This document shows, piece after piece, positions 51,342 through 63,546 of a stretch of 64,000 nt of DNA. The position numbers and the translations under genes are program-made. The stretch spans positions 62,248,001 through 62,312,000 of the forward strand of contig NC_042998.1 in NCBI RefSeq assembly GCF_006345805.1. Direction: 5' to 3'. The stretch is from Octopus sinensis (lineage: Eukaryota). Position 1 is the stretch's first letter. The number at the start of each line of letters is the position of its first letter. The notes beneath the pieces were generated by a model. The model ran no database searches. It had not been told where the DNA came from and saw only the letters and a list, made by a program, of their open reading frames with translations.

Positions 51342-53099
51342 ACACATATATATATATACATGATGGGCTTCTTTTAGTTTCCATTTACCAAATCCACTCA
51401 CAAGGCTTTGGTCAGTCCAAGGCTGTAGTAGAAGACATTTACCCACAGTGCCATGCAGTGGGATTGAACCCAGAGCTATTTGGTTGGGAAGCAAACTTCT
51501 TACCACATAACCTGTATACACACACACGCTCACACACACTCACACATATGTATGTGTGTGTGTGTTTGTCTGTGTGTGTATCATTGTGGTAAGAAATACA
51601 TAATTTCTTTTCAGTTGCCTAATGACTCTGACTAATGAGTGATAGACACATTTTCAAGAGAAATATCGCCAACCAAATTAAGAACAAAAGAAAAAAAAAA
51701 TTAACATTTAGTCTGAAGGAACTGGTTAGTCCCAGAACATCAATATCTCTTTCCCCCTCCCCTCCAAATATGCAAAGATCAAATTACATTATTACTTTAC
51801 ATAAAAAAAAATCTACCTGCAAAACATGGAATATTTCTCACTGTTAAAGAGAACTTAGATTCTCAAGAGGCATCAATGATTTTCATGTGCTGGTACCAAA
51901 TTTGAAGCGATTGTGAATTCTGTAATTGCCATCTGCGCAGGTGATTAAGCATGGCCGAGAAAAAAAAAAAAAGGAAAAAGAGAGATATATAGAATTGATT
52001 TGCTGTGGAACTGCTGCAGATGGAATCAAGCATGGTTAAGCGAAAATCTTCCCTGTAATTATTCTGTAGGTTAAAGGAAAAATATTGGATGGCAGTCAAA
52101 GCTAATTGCGATCCAAAAACATCCAACTGAATGAAAATGGTTAAAACTGTTACAAAACACACCAAGAATACTTTTGGTGAAAAGCTGATATAATAGGAAA
52201 AAAAAAATTTATCACATTCACTAACGATAATTACAGTACTGCATTTGGTAGGTTTTAAAGCTGTGCTGATGAAAGGAAATGGTAGAAGAGTGGGTATAAA
52301 TGTATTCTGAGATTTAAAGAAACAGTTCAAGAGATCACTAATAATTGGTGTTAGTTGTACAGCTCGTATATCTTGAATAAATGTTTTCATTATGGAGCTG
52401 AAAGAATGGACATCTATGTTGAAAATTATTTTTCGAGTTTACCATTGCTTTCATGTGTACATTGTGAGAATAGAGCAGCTGGAATGAATGCTCTCCGTTT
52501 ATGGAGAATAAATACTGTTGTTGTTGTTGTAACTGTTGCTTAGCACCAGGGTAGTGTGTTGGAAGAATCACCAGAGTATTGGATGGACACATTGAAATAG
52601 AATCTTTGAAACACCACACAGAAATTCTACTAGCTTAATGGTGACGACAACAACAACAACAATGATTTCTAATTTACTTATGCTTTGAGAGACATTCTCT
52701 AAAACAATATCTGAGTATAACCAAATATATGGCACCCTAGTCTTAACACCAACTTCTAACTTGTCATCACTTGAGGTCTCTGGGTGAGACTTGGAGTCAA
52801 CTTGTACAAATACAAAGCAAAAGCCAAACGCATAATAATAATAATAATAATAATAATAATAGTAATAATAATAATTATAATAATAGTAATAATAATAATT
52901 ATAATAATAATAATAGTAATAATAATAATAACAATAATAGTAATAACAATAATAATAATATCCTAGTTGTCCCTAACAGTTTTATTAGTTACAGCTAGGA
53001 TACTTGGGAGGATTCTTGGTATCTAAAGTTATTTGTCGTAGTCCGATTTTAGGAATTTTTCTTTTCCAACAGTATAATCTGTTCTGTGTATATGAATAA

Positions 53100-54175
53100 T
53101 AATAAGAAGCACCACAAAGTCACATTCAATTGTCAATGATGCTTGCAAATTCACAAGGGAACTTGGCATTAACCCTGAAATAGTTGAAGAACCTGAAACC
53201 ACTGCCTCAAGACAAGCAAAATGTTTCAAGCAGAATTCAAAAAGTTAACAGGGAGAAACAAATTGAGGAATGATGGAGCCAGAAGGCTCTGCATGGACAG
53301 TATATACTTTGAAGTTGAAATGCTGATGTAGATCAAGCAACAACCCATCAGTGGTTGAGAAGCTCAGGACTGAAAGCAGAGACTGAAGGTTTCATATTGG
53401 CGTCACAAGACCTAAGCTTACTCACAAAAATCTTCTAGGCTAATGTTCTTCAAAATGGTTCTGATCCTAAATCTTGTCTTGGGATTGTCTGTGCTGACAC
53501 CAGACGAATATAAAAATTGCTATGATAGGGTAGGACAATATTTACATTGGAAAATATGTAAACACTACAAAATCAGAACTCCTGTTTACTGGTATGAACA
53601 TTATTCCAAGCCAGTTGTTGAAGGTAAAAATGTCACTATCCTCTTTGATTTTCCAGTCAACACTGACAGAACGATCCAGGCTAATTGACCGGACATTATT
53701 AATTATTAAAGACAGGGAAGAAAATACTTGTAGACTAATAGATGTAAGTGTTCCCACTGATAAAAATATATCTGTCAAGGAATTTGATACATTAAGTAAA
53801 TACAAGGATCTGGAAATTGAAATACAAAAGATGTGGCATCTTAAAGTGAGACCTGTTCCAGTTATTATATGTGCCCTAGGTATGATAAAAAAGGGATGTC
53901 AGAAACATCTAGATAAGATCCCAGGAGAACCATGTCTCAGAGAAATCCAAATGATTGTGCTGACAAATATTGCCAACATCCTTAGAAAAAACCCTATCCA
54001 TTTAAATGTCTGTGTTGTATTACATGAAGATATTTCACTACTTCCCCTCAGTCATATTGTAGCATCTCTTATCTTTCACTCACCCCAGGACACTGGGTGT
54101 GTCTTGGCAAGTGACTGTAACACACATGCATATTAAAAGTAAAAAATAATAGTAATAATAATAATAATAATAATA
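53100..54175 (+). mobile_element. R4/Dong-clade non-LTR retrotransposon, 5'-truncated (RT C-terminus, zinc-knuckle remnant, RLE endonuclease)
   Basis: DQATTHQWLRSSGLKAETEGFILASQD...YDRVGQYLHWKIC...WYEH..KPVVEGKNVTILFDFPVNTDRTIQAN*PDI...LIDVSVPTDKNI..KE....KYKDLEIEIQKMWHLK...VII.ALG...ILRKTLSI* (stop 54003-54005); ends in (AAT)n. Confidence 0.92.
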
Positions 54176-54372
54176 ATGATTTCAAATTTTTGCCACAAGG
54201 GCAGCTTGTGGGAGGGGATTAAGTTGATTACATCGACCCTAGTGTTTCACTGGCACTTAATTTATTGACCCCGAAAGGATGAAAAGTAAAACCAATCTTG
54301 GTGGAATTTGAATTCAGAATGTGGCGATGGAGAAAAACCCGCTAAGAATTCTGCCAGGTCACTACCTTAATG

Positions 54373-54406
<34 letters not shown>

Positions 54407-55450
54407 TGATGCTAATAAAAATATGTAGCAATCCTTCATATTTAGAATACATTTAGTAACATTATTTATTCATGTTTTTTGTAGAGTGTAGAATATTGTA
54501 TGCACTCTTTGAAATATTCTCTTTTATTCCACATTATCATCCATTCTGTTCCATACCATTCCATTCTCTTCAATTCTTTTCTATTCTGTTCCATTCCATT
54601 CCATCCTATTCTCTTCTCTTCCATTCTGTTCTGGTCTAATTCCACCAGGAATATAAAGTTCTTGCAAGGTCAAGACAATGTTTTCTCAGACAGATGCACA
54701 GTTTCACTGAAAAATTTCCTCTCAATCAGATTTCTCATTCTCTTTCTATACCCCCTCATTCTCTAACAACACCATTATTATTCCAGCCTGGAAGCACTTT
54801 ATATTTGTTTGTCATTTTTTTTGTTTGTTTCTTCCTCATTTCTTTCTTTTTCCTTCATTCGTTCTTTCTTTCTATCCTTCTTTCTTTCTTTACTTCTGTC
54901 TGCTGGTTTTTGTGTCCTTCATTTGTTCCGTTCTTCCTCTCCCCCTCTTCCTCTCTCTGTCTCAGTCTGTCTATCTTTCATACCTTTCTCTCTCCTTCCT
55001 TTATTGTTTTCCTCCCTCCCTCCCTCCTCTTGTCTGAACTTCACTAAACCATTATTAGTGACAAGATCAATGCCAGTTTGAAGAGTTGTCAGGAGGATAT
55101 ACTTCAACAGCTGATTTCATTGTTTGCTCACTTCAGGCATTGGTTGTGTGTGTGTGTACATTTGAATATTTGAAGTGTTCTTTACATGTGGGACTTACAA
55201 GAGAGAGAGAGAGAGAGGGGGGGGGGGCAATGTCTTACCTTGCCTCTGATACTTTAGGAGTCCACCAACATACATATGATATATGTATCATTATTATTGA
55301 ACTGCAAGTGACTTGTTGCTCTTTGAGAAAATCTGTAGGTGACATGTTTGATTTCTTGTTATGTCTACACAATTGTTACACAAGTTTATACATGATACAC
55401 ACATACATACATACATACATACATACATACATACGTACACACATACATAC

Positions 55451-55877
55451 AACAGACCTGATATAATGATTTGGGATAGAGAAGAGAAACTGTGCACAGT
55501 TGTGGAAATTAGCTGCCCAGCGGATGTTAATATAAAGCTGAAGATCAGTGAAAAAGAGAACACCTATGTTGTTGAACTATTGAGAAATCTGCAGTTATTC
55601 TATCCAGATTACAAGTTCAGGTTTATATATGTAATTATTGGGGCCCTGGAATATGTAACACACTGCCTAAATATCAATCTTGAGAAATTGTGCTTTTGAG
55701 GACCAGAAAGGAGAAAGCGAATTCAAAGACTACAGATCCAATCCATCACTGGAACTGTAAACATCTGTAAAACTTTCCAGAGGTTTATCATTTAAATATA
55801 TATGGGCATGTCTAGATACGCAACTATATGCATGAGAATACATACAAAAATATACAAACCTGTACATACATACATAG

Positions 55878-55918
<41 letters not shown>

Positions 55919-56058
55919 ACACACACACACACACATACATACATACATACTTACCCTGTTGTTGATGTTGAAATTCCAATGAAGGAGATTTGGATCTAGA
56001 TCAGAAACCAGTTCTTCCTCTATTGGCAAGAAATCTTGAAATAAACTGAATAATGACA
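55451..56058 (+). mobile_element. 3' end of a second RLE-type non-LTR retrotransposon family, bounded by (ACAT)n
   Basis: NRPDIMIWDREEKLCTVVEISCPADVNIKLKISEKENTY...VIIGAL..V...QIQSITGTVNICKTFQRFII*, a PD-(D/E)xK layout. ACAT repeats lie at both ends. Confidence 0.85.
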
Positions 56059-56404
56059 TACAAAGACAGCAAAACTTTTCTCAAGTTCCAAATGTGAATT
56101 TGTCTGTGTTAACTACATCCCAAAGATGGAGCCTTGTATCTCTGTCGGAAACCAGCTCCCTCCTCAGTGGAAGATTTATAATAATTGAAAAATAGAAGTG
56201 ACATACATACATATATACCTACACACATACATACATACAAAGAAAGAAAGAAAGAAAAAAACAAACAAAAATACACTATTCTTGGTGAATATTTATAATG
56301 AATTTGCCATTTTCGATGGGTGCTTGTTTAGCACACACCTAGCACACCTGGAATATACGCCCTAGTGCAATGCATGCATGTATTCATTCAATATGTGACC
56401 GTGT

Positions 56405-56608
56405 GTGTATCATTGGCGATTTTTTTTCCTCTGTCTTCCCTTCCTTGGATCCTTCCTTTTCCTATGTTTCTGATGAAGAGCTCTACTCGAAACGTTAAAT
56501 TCTCTTTCTTTCCTTTCCTGAGCGTTCAATAACACTATACTTGTTCCACATCCTCGCGTTGTTATGTTTTCTCTTTGTGTTTTCATGTTTGGATTAACTA
56601 TATATATA
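56405..56608 (+). mobile_element. Penelope-like element terminal (pLTR) fragment
   Basis: Pyrimidine-rich segment containing a CTGATGA...CGAAACGT hammerhead core and ending at a (TA)n tract. Family assignment is inferred from the motif. Confidence 0.6.
56466..56500 (+). ncRNA. Minimal type-I hammerhead ribozyme motif
   Basis: GTTT-CTGATGA-A-GAG-ctcta-CTC-GAAA-CGT-T-AAAT. Both conserved boxes are intact; stem I GUUU/AAAU, 3-bp stem II, palindromic ACGU stem III, GUU cleavage triplet. Confidence 0.7.
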
Positions 56609-56620
56609 TATATACACACA

Positions 56621-57060
56621 GACACACATTTACTTCCTGTCCCAGGTAGACATATTCCCTCACCTCCTCTATTTCATCACTGCCGATCACCATTCGACCT
56701 GTTGGTACATTGCCTGACCGCATGAACTTTGTTTTCATGCGGTTCATCTTGAGACCTACTGCAGAACTTTTGATGTCGAGCTCCGTCAGCATGGTCTGAA
56801 GCTGATCCATGTTTTCAGCGATGAGTACGATGTCGTCAGCGAAACGGAGGTGAGTGAGGAGCTCGCCATTGATGTTGACACCACCTTGCCAGTCGATGCC
56901 ACCCAGAAGACCTCCACGACGGTGGAGTTACGATTTAAGGAGGACGATTGGGATCACGTGGATGAGAAAGGTGTGATCCAGAGAGGAGTGGACAGCGTGC
57001 TGTGACCAGCGGTGTCAAATGGACGCCTGACGGACTGGTCGGTCAAGGTGATCAAGGTGA
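56621..57060. mobile_element. 5'-inverted RTE LINE insertion
   Basis: Minus-strand GIDWQGGVNINGELLTHLRFADDIVLIAE...YVYLGQEVN joined at about 56900 to plus-strand PRRPPRRW...WMRK..SREEW...* with a (TCAAGGTGA)2 tail. Flanked by TATATACACACA direct repeats. Confidence 0.85.
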
Positions 57061-57860
57061 TATATACACACATGACAAGCTTCTTTCAGTTTCCGTCCAC
57101 CAAATCCACTCACAAGGCTTTGGTCGATCTGAGGCTACATGCATACATTCATACATTCATACATGCATACATTCATACATTTGCCCATGGTGCCACTCAG
57201 TGGAACTGAACCCGGAACTATATGGTTGGGAAGCAAGCTTCTTACCACATAGCCATTTAATTTAAGCATATATCTTAAACCTAATTATGCTTTTAAAATA
57301 ATGCTTGAAAAAAATAACTCTTCCCTACACATGTGCACACTAATGAATATATGCACATCTACAGGTGCATGCATTGCACTAGGGCATATATTCCAGGTGT
57401 GCTAGGTGTGCGCTAAACAAGCACCCATCGAAAATGGCAAATTCATTATAAATATTCACCTTATTCATTGGTTTACTCTTTTACTTGTTTCGACTGACCC
57501 CCTCCCTATAAATTTCGGGCCTTGTGCCTAGAGTAGAAAAGAATATTTGGGCCCAGGACCCAGTCGAATCGTCCAACCCATGCCAGCATGGAAAACGAAC
57601 GTTAAACGATGATGATGATGAAAGGTGGCAAGCTGACAGAAACGTTAGCATGCTGGGCAAAATGCTTAGCGGTATTTCGTCTGTCTTTATGTTCTGAGTT
57701 CAAATTCCACCAAGATCAACTCTTTCATCCTTTCGGGTCGATAAATTAAGTACCAGTTGCATAGTGGGGTCGATCTAATCGATTTGCTCCCTACCCCCCA
57801 AATTTCTGGCCTTGTGCCTAGAGTAGAAAAGAAACAAATTAAAGATGAAAGACAAATTTT

Positions 57861-58142
57861 AAACAATTGCAGTGTGAAAGGTGTTTATAAGCTATTTAAG
57901 AAACACACAAAATCCGTTAGATTCACTACAACATTTAAATTTAATTTGCCAAAATATTTTCATCGCTTTGAGACCGCAACCTGTTCAGTGAGATGCAGCA
58001 CGGAATTTTGTCAGTGAACAGGTCACGGTCTCAAAGCAACAAAAATATTTTGGCAAATTAAATTTAAATGTTGAAGTGAATCTAACAACGGTTTTTCTGT
58101 TTCTTAAATGGCTTATAAACACCTTCCGCACTGCAATTGTTT
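57861..58142. mobile_element. Foldback/MITE with about 127-bp inverted arms and a 26-nt spacer
   Basis: aaacaattgcagtgtgaaaggtgtttataagc...gagaccgcaacctgttca is the near reverse complement of tgaacaggtcacggtctc...gcttataaacaccttccgcactgcaattgttt. Confidence 0.85.
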
Positions 58143-58703
58143 TCATTCCAGCACACAATCTCAGATCAGGTCACTTGCTATGCAAGTACATCTCTGTAAA
58201 GACAAATTTTAATTTTACCAAATTTTTTATCATTTCTTTAGAAACTGAAATTTTTTGTTTTCTATTTTTTAGCTCCTCATTTGTCATCTTTCATTTTCTG
58301 CTTCAGCTCCAAATTTGCCAAACATGCACACATTTGGAATTTGGCACCAGCTAAACATTGTACATAATTGGGTGTGTGCGTGCATGCTTGTGTCTTTGTG
58401 CCACTGTGCATACACCTGCTATGTGTCATGTGTGTGTAGTCTGCTGCAAAACGTGTTTGTGTGTATGTGCACATGTGTGGTGGGGGCATATGACTGTGCA
58501 TGCTGCTACAAAATTGTGCTTATGTGTGTGTGTGGGGGGGGAGAGGGTAGTTGTGTATGTGCCTGTCTTGATGTGTGCATATTCCTCTTAAATGTGTGCA
58601 CATCTACACACATTAAAATTGATTCTTGGTTGGAAACTTATAACACACACACTCACACACAGTCGTATACACACACTCACCCACACACACTCACCCACAC
58701 ACA

Positions 58704-58754
<51 letters not shown>

Positions 58755-61588
58755 AAGTAAGGCAATTTAGCCCCAGAAACCATACCAAAGCAGATGGTGG
58801 AGATGAGCATAGCCCTTTGGCTTGCTGTACCCTGTCAAACTGCTCAATTCATGGTAAATGGATGTTAAATGGTGATGATTATGATAATGTTGTGTGTGTG
58901 TGCGTGCGTGCGTGTGTGCATGTGTTGTTATCATCATCATCATCGTTTAACGTCCAGCCTCCTTGCTAGCATGGGTGGGATGGTTTTGTAAGAGTCTGCC
59001 AGGCCGAAGCCTGCACCAGGCTTCTGTGACTGTTTTGGCAGGATTTTTACAGCTGGATGCCCTTCCTAACACCAACCACCCAACAGAGTGGATCTAGTGC
59101 TTTTTACATGGCATAAGCACAGGTGAGGTCTCTTTTGGCAAGGTTTTTGCAGCTAGATGCCCTTCCTAACACCAACCACTCATCAAAGTGGACTTAGTGC
59201 TTTTTATGTGGCACAAGCACAGGCGAGGTCTCTTTTGGCAAGGTTTTTATAGCTGGATGCCCTTCTGAACGCCACCCATTTTACAGTGTAGACTGGGTGT
59301 TTTTAAGTGGCACATGCACTGACAGGGTCACCAAGTACTTGCTAGACAAAAACTTCTGAGAAGGAAGGAGGCATTGGAGGAGGTGATCTTGTGTTGGATG
59401 GTGAAAAGGTTATGCGTGTATATTCATTTGCCCTTTATGCTCTCACATTAGTCTGTTGACCATTTCCCTAAATGGTTCATTTGTAATGCTTCATCACCAG
59501 AATTACCAGGGCCATAAACTTCAGAACAATCAGCAGAATGGGGTTGGCTGGGGTGGCTGTTGTTATTATTTTTGTTGTTACTTAAGCTGTTGTTATTGTT
59601 GTTACTATTATTACTATTTATGGTGTCGGTTATTGTCGAAAAAATAGTTTTTTTGGTGTATCAAAGTCATATACATAGAATGTAGTTTGGCAGAAAATCA
59701 GTCTGTAAGAGATTTATTGCTGTCTCACCAAGCTGAGATGGCAGTCACTCCTCTTGTTCATATCGATGCGTGGAGTTAACGAGATGGGAAATCATCATCT
59801 CAAATGTTTGGCAAAAAATTAAAAATTTTTGGAAAAATTTAGCAGAGAAGAAATAAAAATAAAAATAAAATAAATTCTCGTATTGTTTAGCTTTCTTTTA
59901 TTGGTTTCATTGATAGAGCTGTGGCCATGCTGGAACACTCCTTTATAGTTTTGTTTTGTTAGATTGACTAGTTAACTTATCTTAGTCAGGCACTTGTATC
60001 ATATAACTTAGTGGATATATTATTTGAGTGTCCAATACTCTGGTTTGCACTTTAAGGGGTTCTCCCCTATAGACGTATGATGTTAAGTGCATAGACAATA
60101 ATTGTCTGGTATTGGTGCTGGAACTGCCAGATCATATGATTTCAGAGTACAGTGCTTCTTCAGTGGCAGGTATTCATCCCCATATTCCAGCCAAATCTCA
60201 CTGTCAACAATATAGAGAATAACAGTGACTTTTCAATCACTGATGTCACAAAAATCCAGCAGACTTATTAAAAAATAAATATTAGCAATGGAACAGTATT
60301 GATACCAAAAGACAATTCTTCATATTCTACAAAATGTGGATCACTGACGTAGCCGATGACAGTACTGCCTGATTGGCACTTGTGCCAGTGGAACGTTAAA
60401 AGCACATCCATGCATGATCGTTGCCAGGGCCATAGATTGGCTCCCATGCCAGTGGCTTGTAAAAAGCATCATTCGAGTGGGATCATTGCCAGCGACAGCT
60501 TACCGGCACATATGCTGGTGGTACGTGAAAAACAGCATTCGAGCATGGTTGTTGCCAGTGCCGCTGGACTGGCTCCTGTGCAGGTAGCATGTTAAAAAAC
60601 ACCTTTTGAGCGTGGTCGTTACCAGAACAGCCTGACTGGCCCTTGTGCTGGTGGCATGTAAAAGCACCCATTACACTCTCGGAGTGGTTGGCGTTAGGAA
60701 GGGCATCCAGCTGTAGGAACTTTGTCAGATTAGATTGAGCCTGGTGTAGCCCCTGACTCACTAGTCCTCAGTCAAATCGTCCAACCTATGCCAGCTTGGA
60801 AAGTGGACGTTAAACAATGATGATGATGATGTGGATGTATTAGAAAAGACACAAAAACAAATGCCACTCCATCAGTTACTATGACAAGGTTTCCAACTGA
60901 TCCAGTCAACAGAACAACTTGCTTGTCAAATTAATGCACAAGTGGCTGATATTTTTGTTAAATAATGATAAATTTATACTCTACAAAAATATAGAGTAAC
61001 TTGCCAGATTAATATAAAATTGTTTTTATTTTAACTGAATATAAAAACAAACATTAATAATATAAAAAGCACCATCTGAATGTGGTCGATGCCAGGCCTG
61101 CCTGACTGGCACCCCCGGTGGCACGTAGAAAGAACCAACTGATCGTGGCTGATGCCAGTACCCACTGACTGGCTCTCATGCCAGTGACATGTAAAAAAAG
61201 CACCGTCTGAATGTGACTGATGCCAGTACCCACTGGACTGGCTCTCGTGCCGGTGGCATGTAAAAAAAAGTACCATCTGAATGTGATTGATACCAGGCCT
61301 GCCTGACTGGCTCCGTGCCGGTGGCATGTAAAAAGCTCCATCCGAATGTAATACATGCTAGGTCTGCCTGACTGGCTCCCATGCTAGTGGCATGTAAAAA
61401 CACCAACTGATCATGGCCGATGCCAGTACCCACAGACTGTAGAAACATTGCCAGACCAGATTGGAGCCTGGTGCAGCCACTGGCTCTCCAGACCTCAGTC
61501 AAACCGTCCAACCCATGCCAGCATGGAAAATGGACGTTAAACGATGATCATGATGATATCTATCTATCTATCTATCTATCTATATATG

Positions 61589-61632
<44 letters not shown>

Positions 61633-63546
61633 ACACACACCAAATATTTTGTAAATATACACAGTGGAGGTTATGTTTTTTGCGTTTTTTAAGATTTTTT
61701 ATTAAGAAAATATGATTTAATGGTTTATCATTAGGTTTTGATTAAAATGTAGAATAAAACAGCTGTATATAGTAACAACATTGAGAAGAAGAATAAGAAC
61801 AACAACAGCAGCAACTAATGGCAGTGCACAATAACAGCAAATACAACAACCAGAACACCTGAAAAGACAAACATTACCAGCGAGATTACTAGTGAGAATA
61901 CACTTATACCAATATGAATTATAATAACAATAACAACAACAAACGTCTGTGTAGCAACAACCACAACAACAACAGTAGTAATAATGCTGTAAAAAATAAC
62001 AGCTAAAATTATGAAGGAATGTCACTCAATTTGCTAGAAATAGTAGTCAAGCTTTCTTTGAATCATATATAGGTGCAGGAGTGGCTGTGTGGTAAGTAGC
62101 TTGCTTACCAACCACATGGTTCCGGGTTCAGTCCCACTGTGTAGCCCCTTGGGCAAGTGTCTTCTATTATAGCCTCGTGAGTGCCTGCCAAAGCCTTGTC
62201 AGTGGATTTGGTAGATGGAAACTGAAAGAAGCCTGTCATATATATGTATACATGTGTATGTGCGTGTGTACATGTTTGTGTGTCTGTGTTTGTCCACCCA
62301 ACATCACTTGACAAATGATGCTGGTGTGTTTATATCCCTGTCACTTAGTGGTTTGGCAAGGAAGACCGATAGAATAAGTTCTAGGCTTACAAAGATGAAA
62401 GTCCTGGGGTCGATTTGCTCGACTAAAGGCAGTGCTCCAGCATGGTCGCAGTCAAATGACTGAAACAAATAAAAGAATAAAAGAATAAAAATCCTAATGT
62501 TTTGTTAATGAGGTGAGGTAGTCATGTTAGGAATGTCTTTGAGCATGTGGTCATTTTGATCAAATCTGACTTGGCGTTAAATAACTCTGTAGGTAATGAC
62601 AAGGTGGCCAATATGCTAAGTTGCTCAATGTGCTAGAAATAGCAGCTGGGTCTTTCTTAAATCACATCCTCAGACGTGGAAAAGCTGAATACGATATTGA
62701 ATAATGTAGGTTCTACATGAACAAGATGGAGTGGTCATGGTTGGGAAGCCTGTTTGATCACAGGCCTGTTTGATGAAGGCTGACCTGCGGTTAAACAACT
62801 ACAAACGTACCACCATCACTACTACCACCGCCACTACCACCACTATGAACAACAATAGCTGCACCACAGATCAAGGGCATAAACAGCAACAACAGCAACA
62901 ACTGTTGTAGCAGCAGCAGCAGCAGTAGCAGCAGCAAGAGCAGCAGGAGCAGCTGCAGCAGCAACATTTAGAGACTTACTGTAGCGATAATGAGAAGTAA
63001 AGAAAAGAAAATCTTAGCAAATTTATTACCATTTAAATCACCAGGTGTCAGACATTAAGATTATAGAGTATATGTGTGTGTATGTGTGTGTGTGCATATG
63101 TATGTGTGCATATATATGTATGTGTGTATGTATGTATGTGTGTATATACATATATGTGTGTGTGTATATATATATATGTATGAATGTGCGTTTGTAACTG
63201 CAAATAAGTGTACTTATGTATGTGTATGTAAGTGTGTATATGTATGTGTGTTTATGTGTGTGTGTGTCTATATGTGTGTGTGTTTATGTGTGTGTCTGAG
63301 TATGTGTGTGTGTGTATGTATGTGTGTATATGTATGTGTGTATGTATGTATGTGTGTGTGTGTATATGTGTGTGTATATATATGTGTGTGTATATGTGTG
63401 TGTATGTGTATATATATATATGTATGTATGTATGTATGTAGGAATGTGCGTTTGTCACTGTGCAAACAAGTGTCCATATGTGTGTGCATGTGTGTGTATG
63501 TGCTTGCAAGTGAGAACATGTATCTGGGTATGTCAATGTATATATG

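Larger units (their letters stand above)
56284..57460. mobile_element. MITE with about 95-bp terminal inverted repeats, carrying three nested retroelement pieces
   Basis: 56284-56378 (GGTGAATATTTATAATGAATTTGCCATTTTCGATGGG...) is the reverse complement of 57367-57460 with about 2 mismatches. TSD ambiguous. Confidence 0.8.

Noticed and set aside
51863-52390. 175-aa minus-strand ORF
   Set aside because: No recognisable domain or splice context. The plus strand may be a very decayed LINE, but I could not support that either.
55059-55170. Possible next TXNDC11 exon (phase 2 AG, DKINASLKSCQEDILQQLISLFAHF)
   Set aside because: Weak acceptor context, no convincing donor, and only marginal resemblance to the expected KDLSVKYP-like segment.
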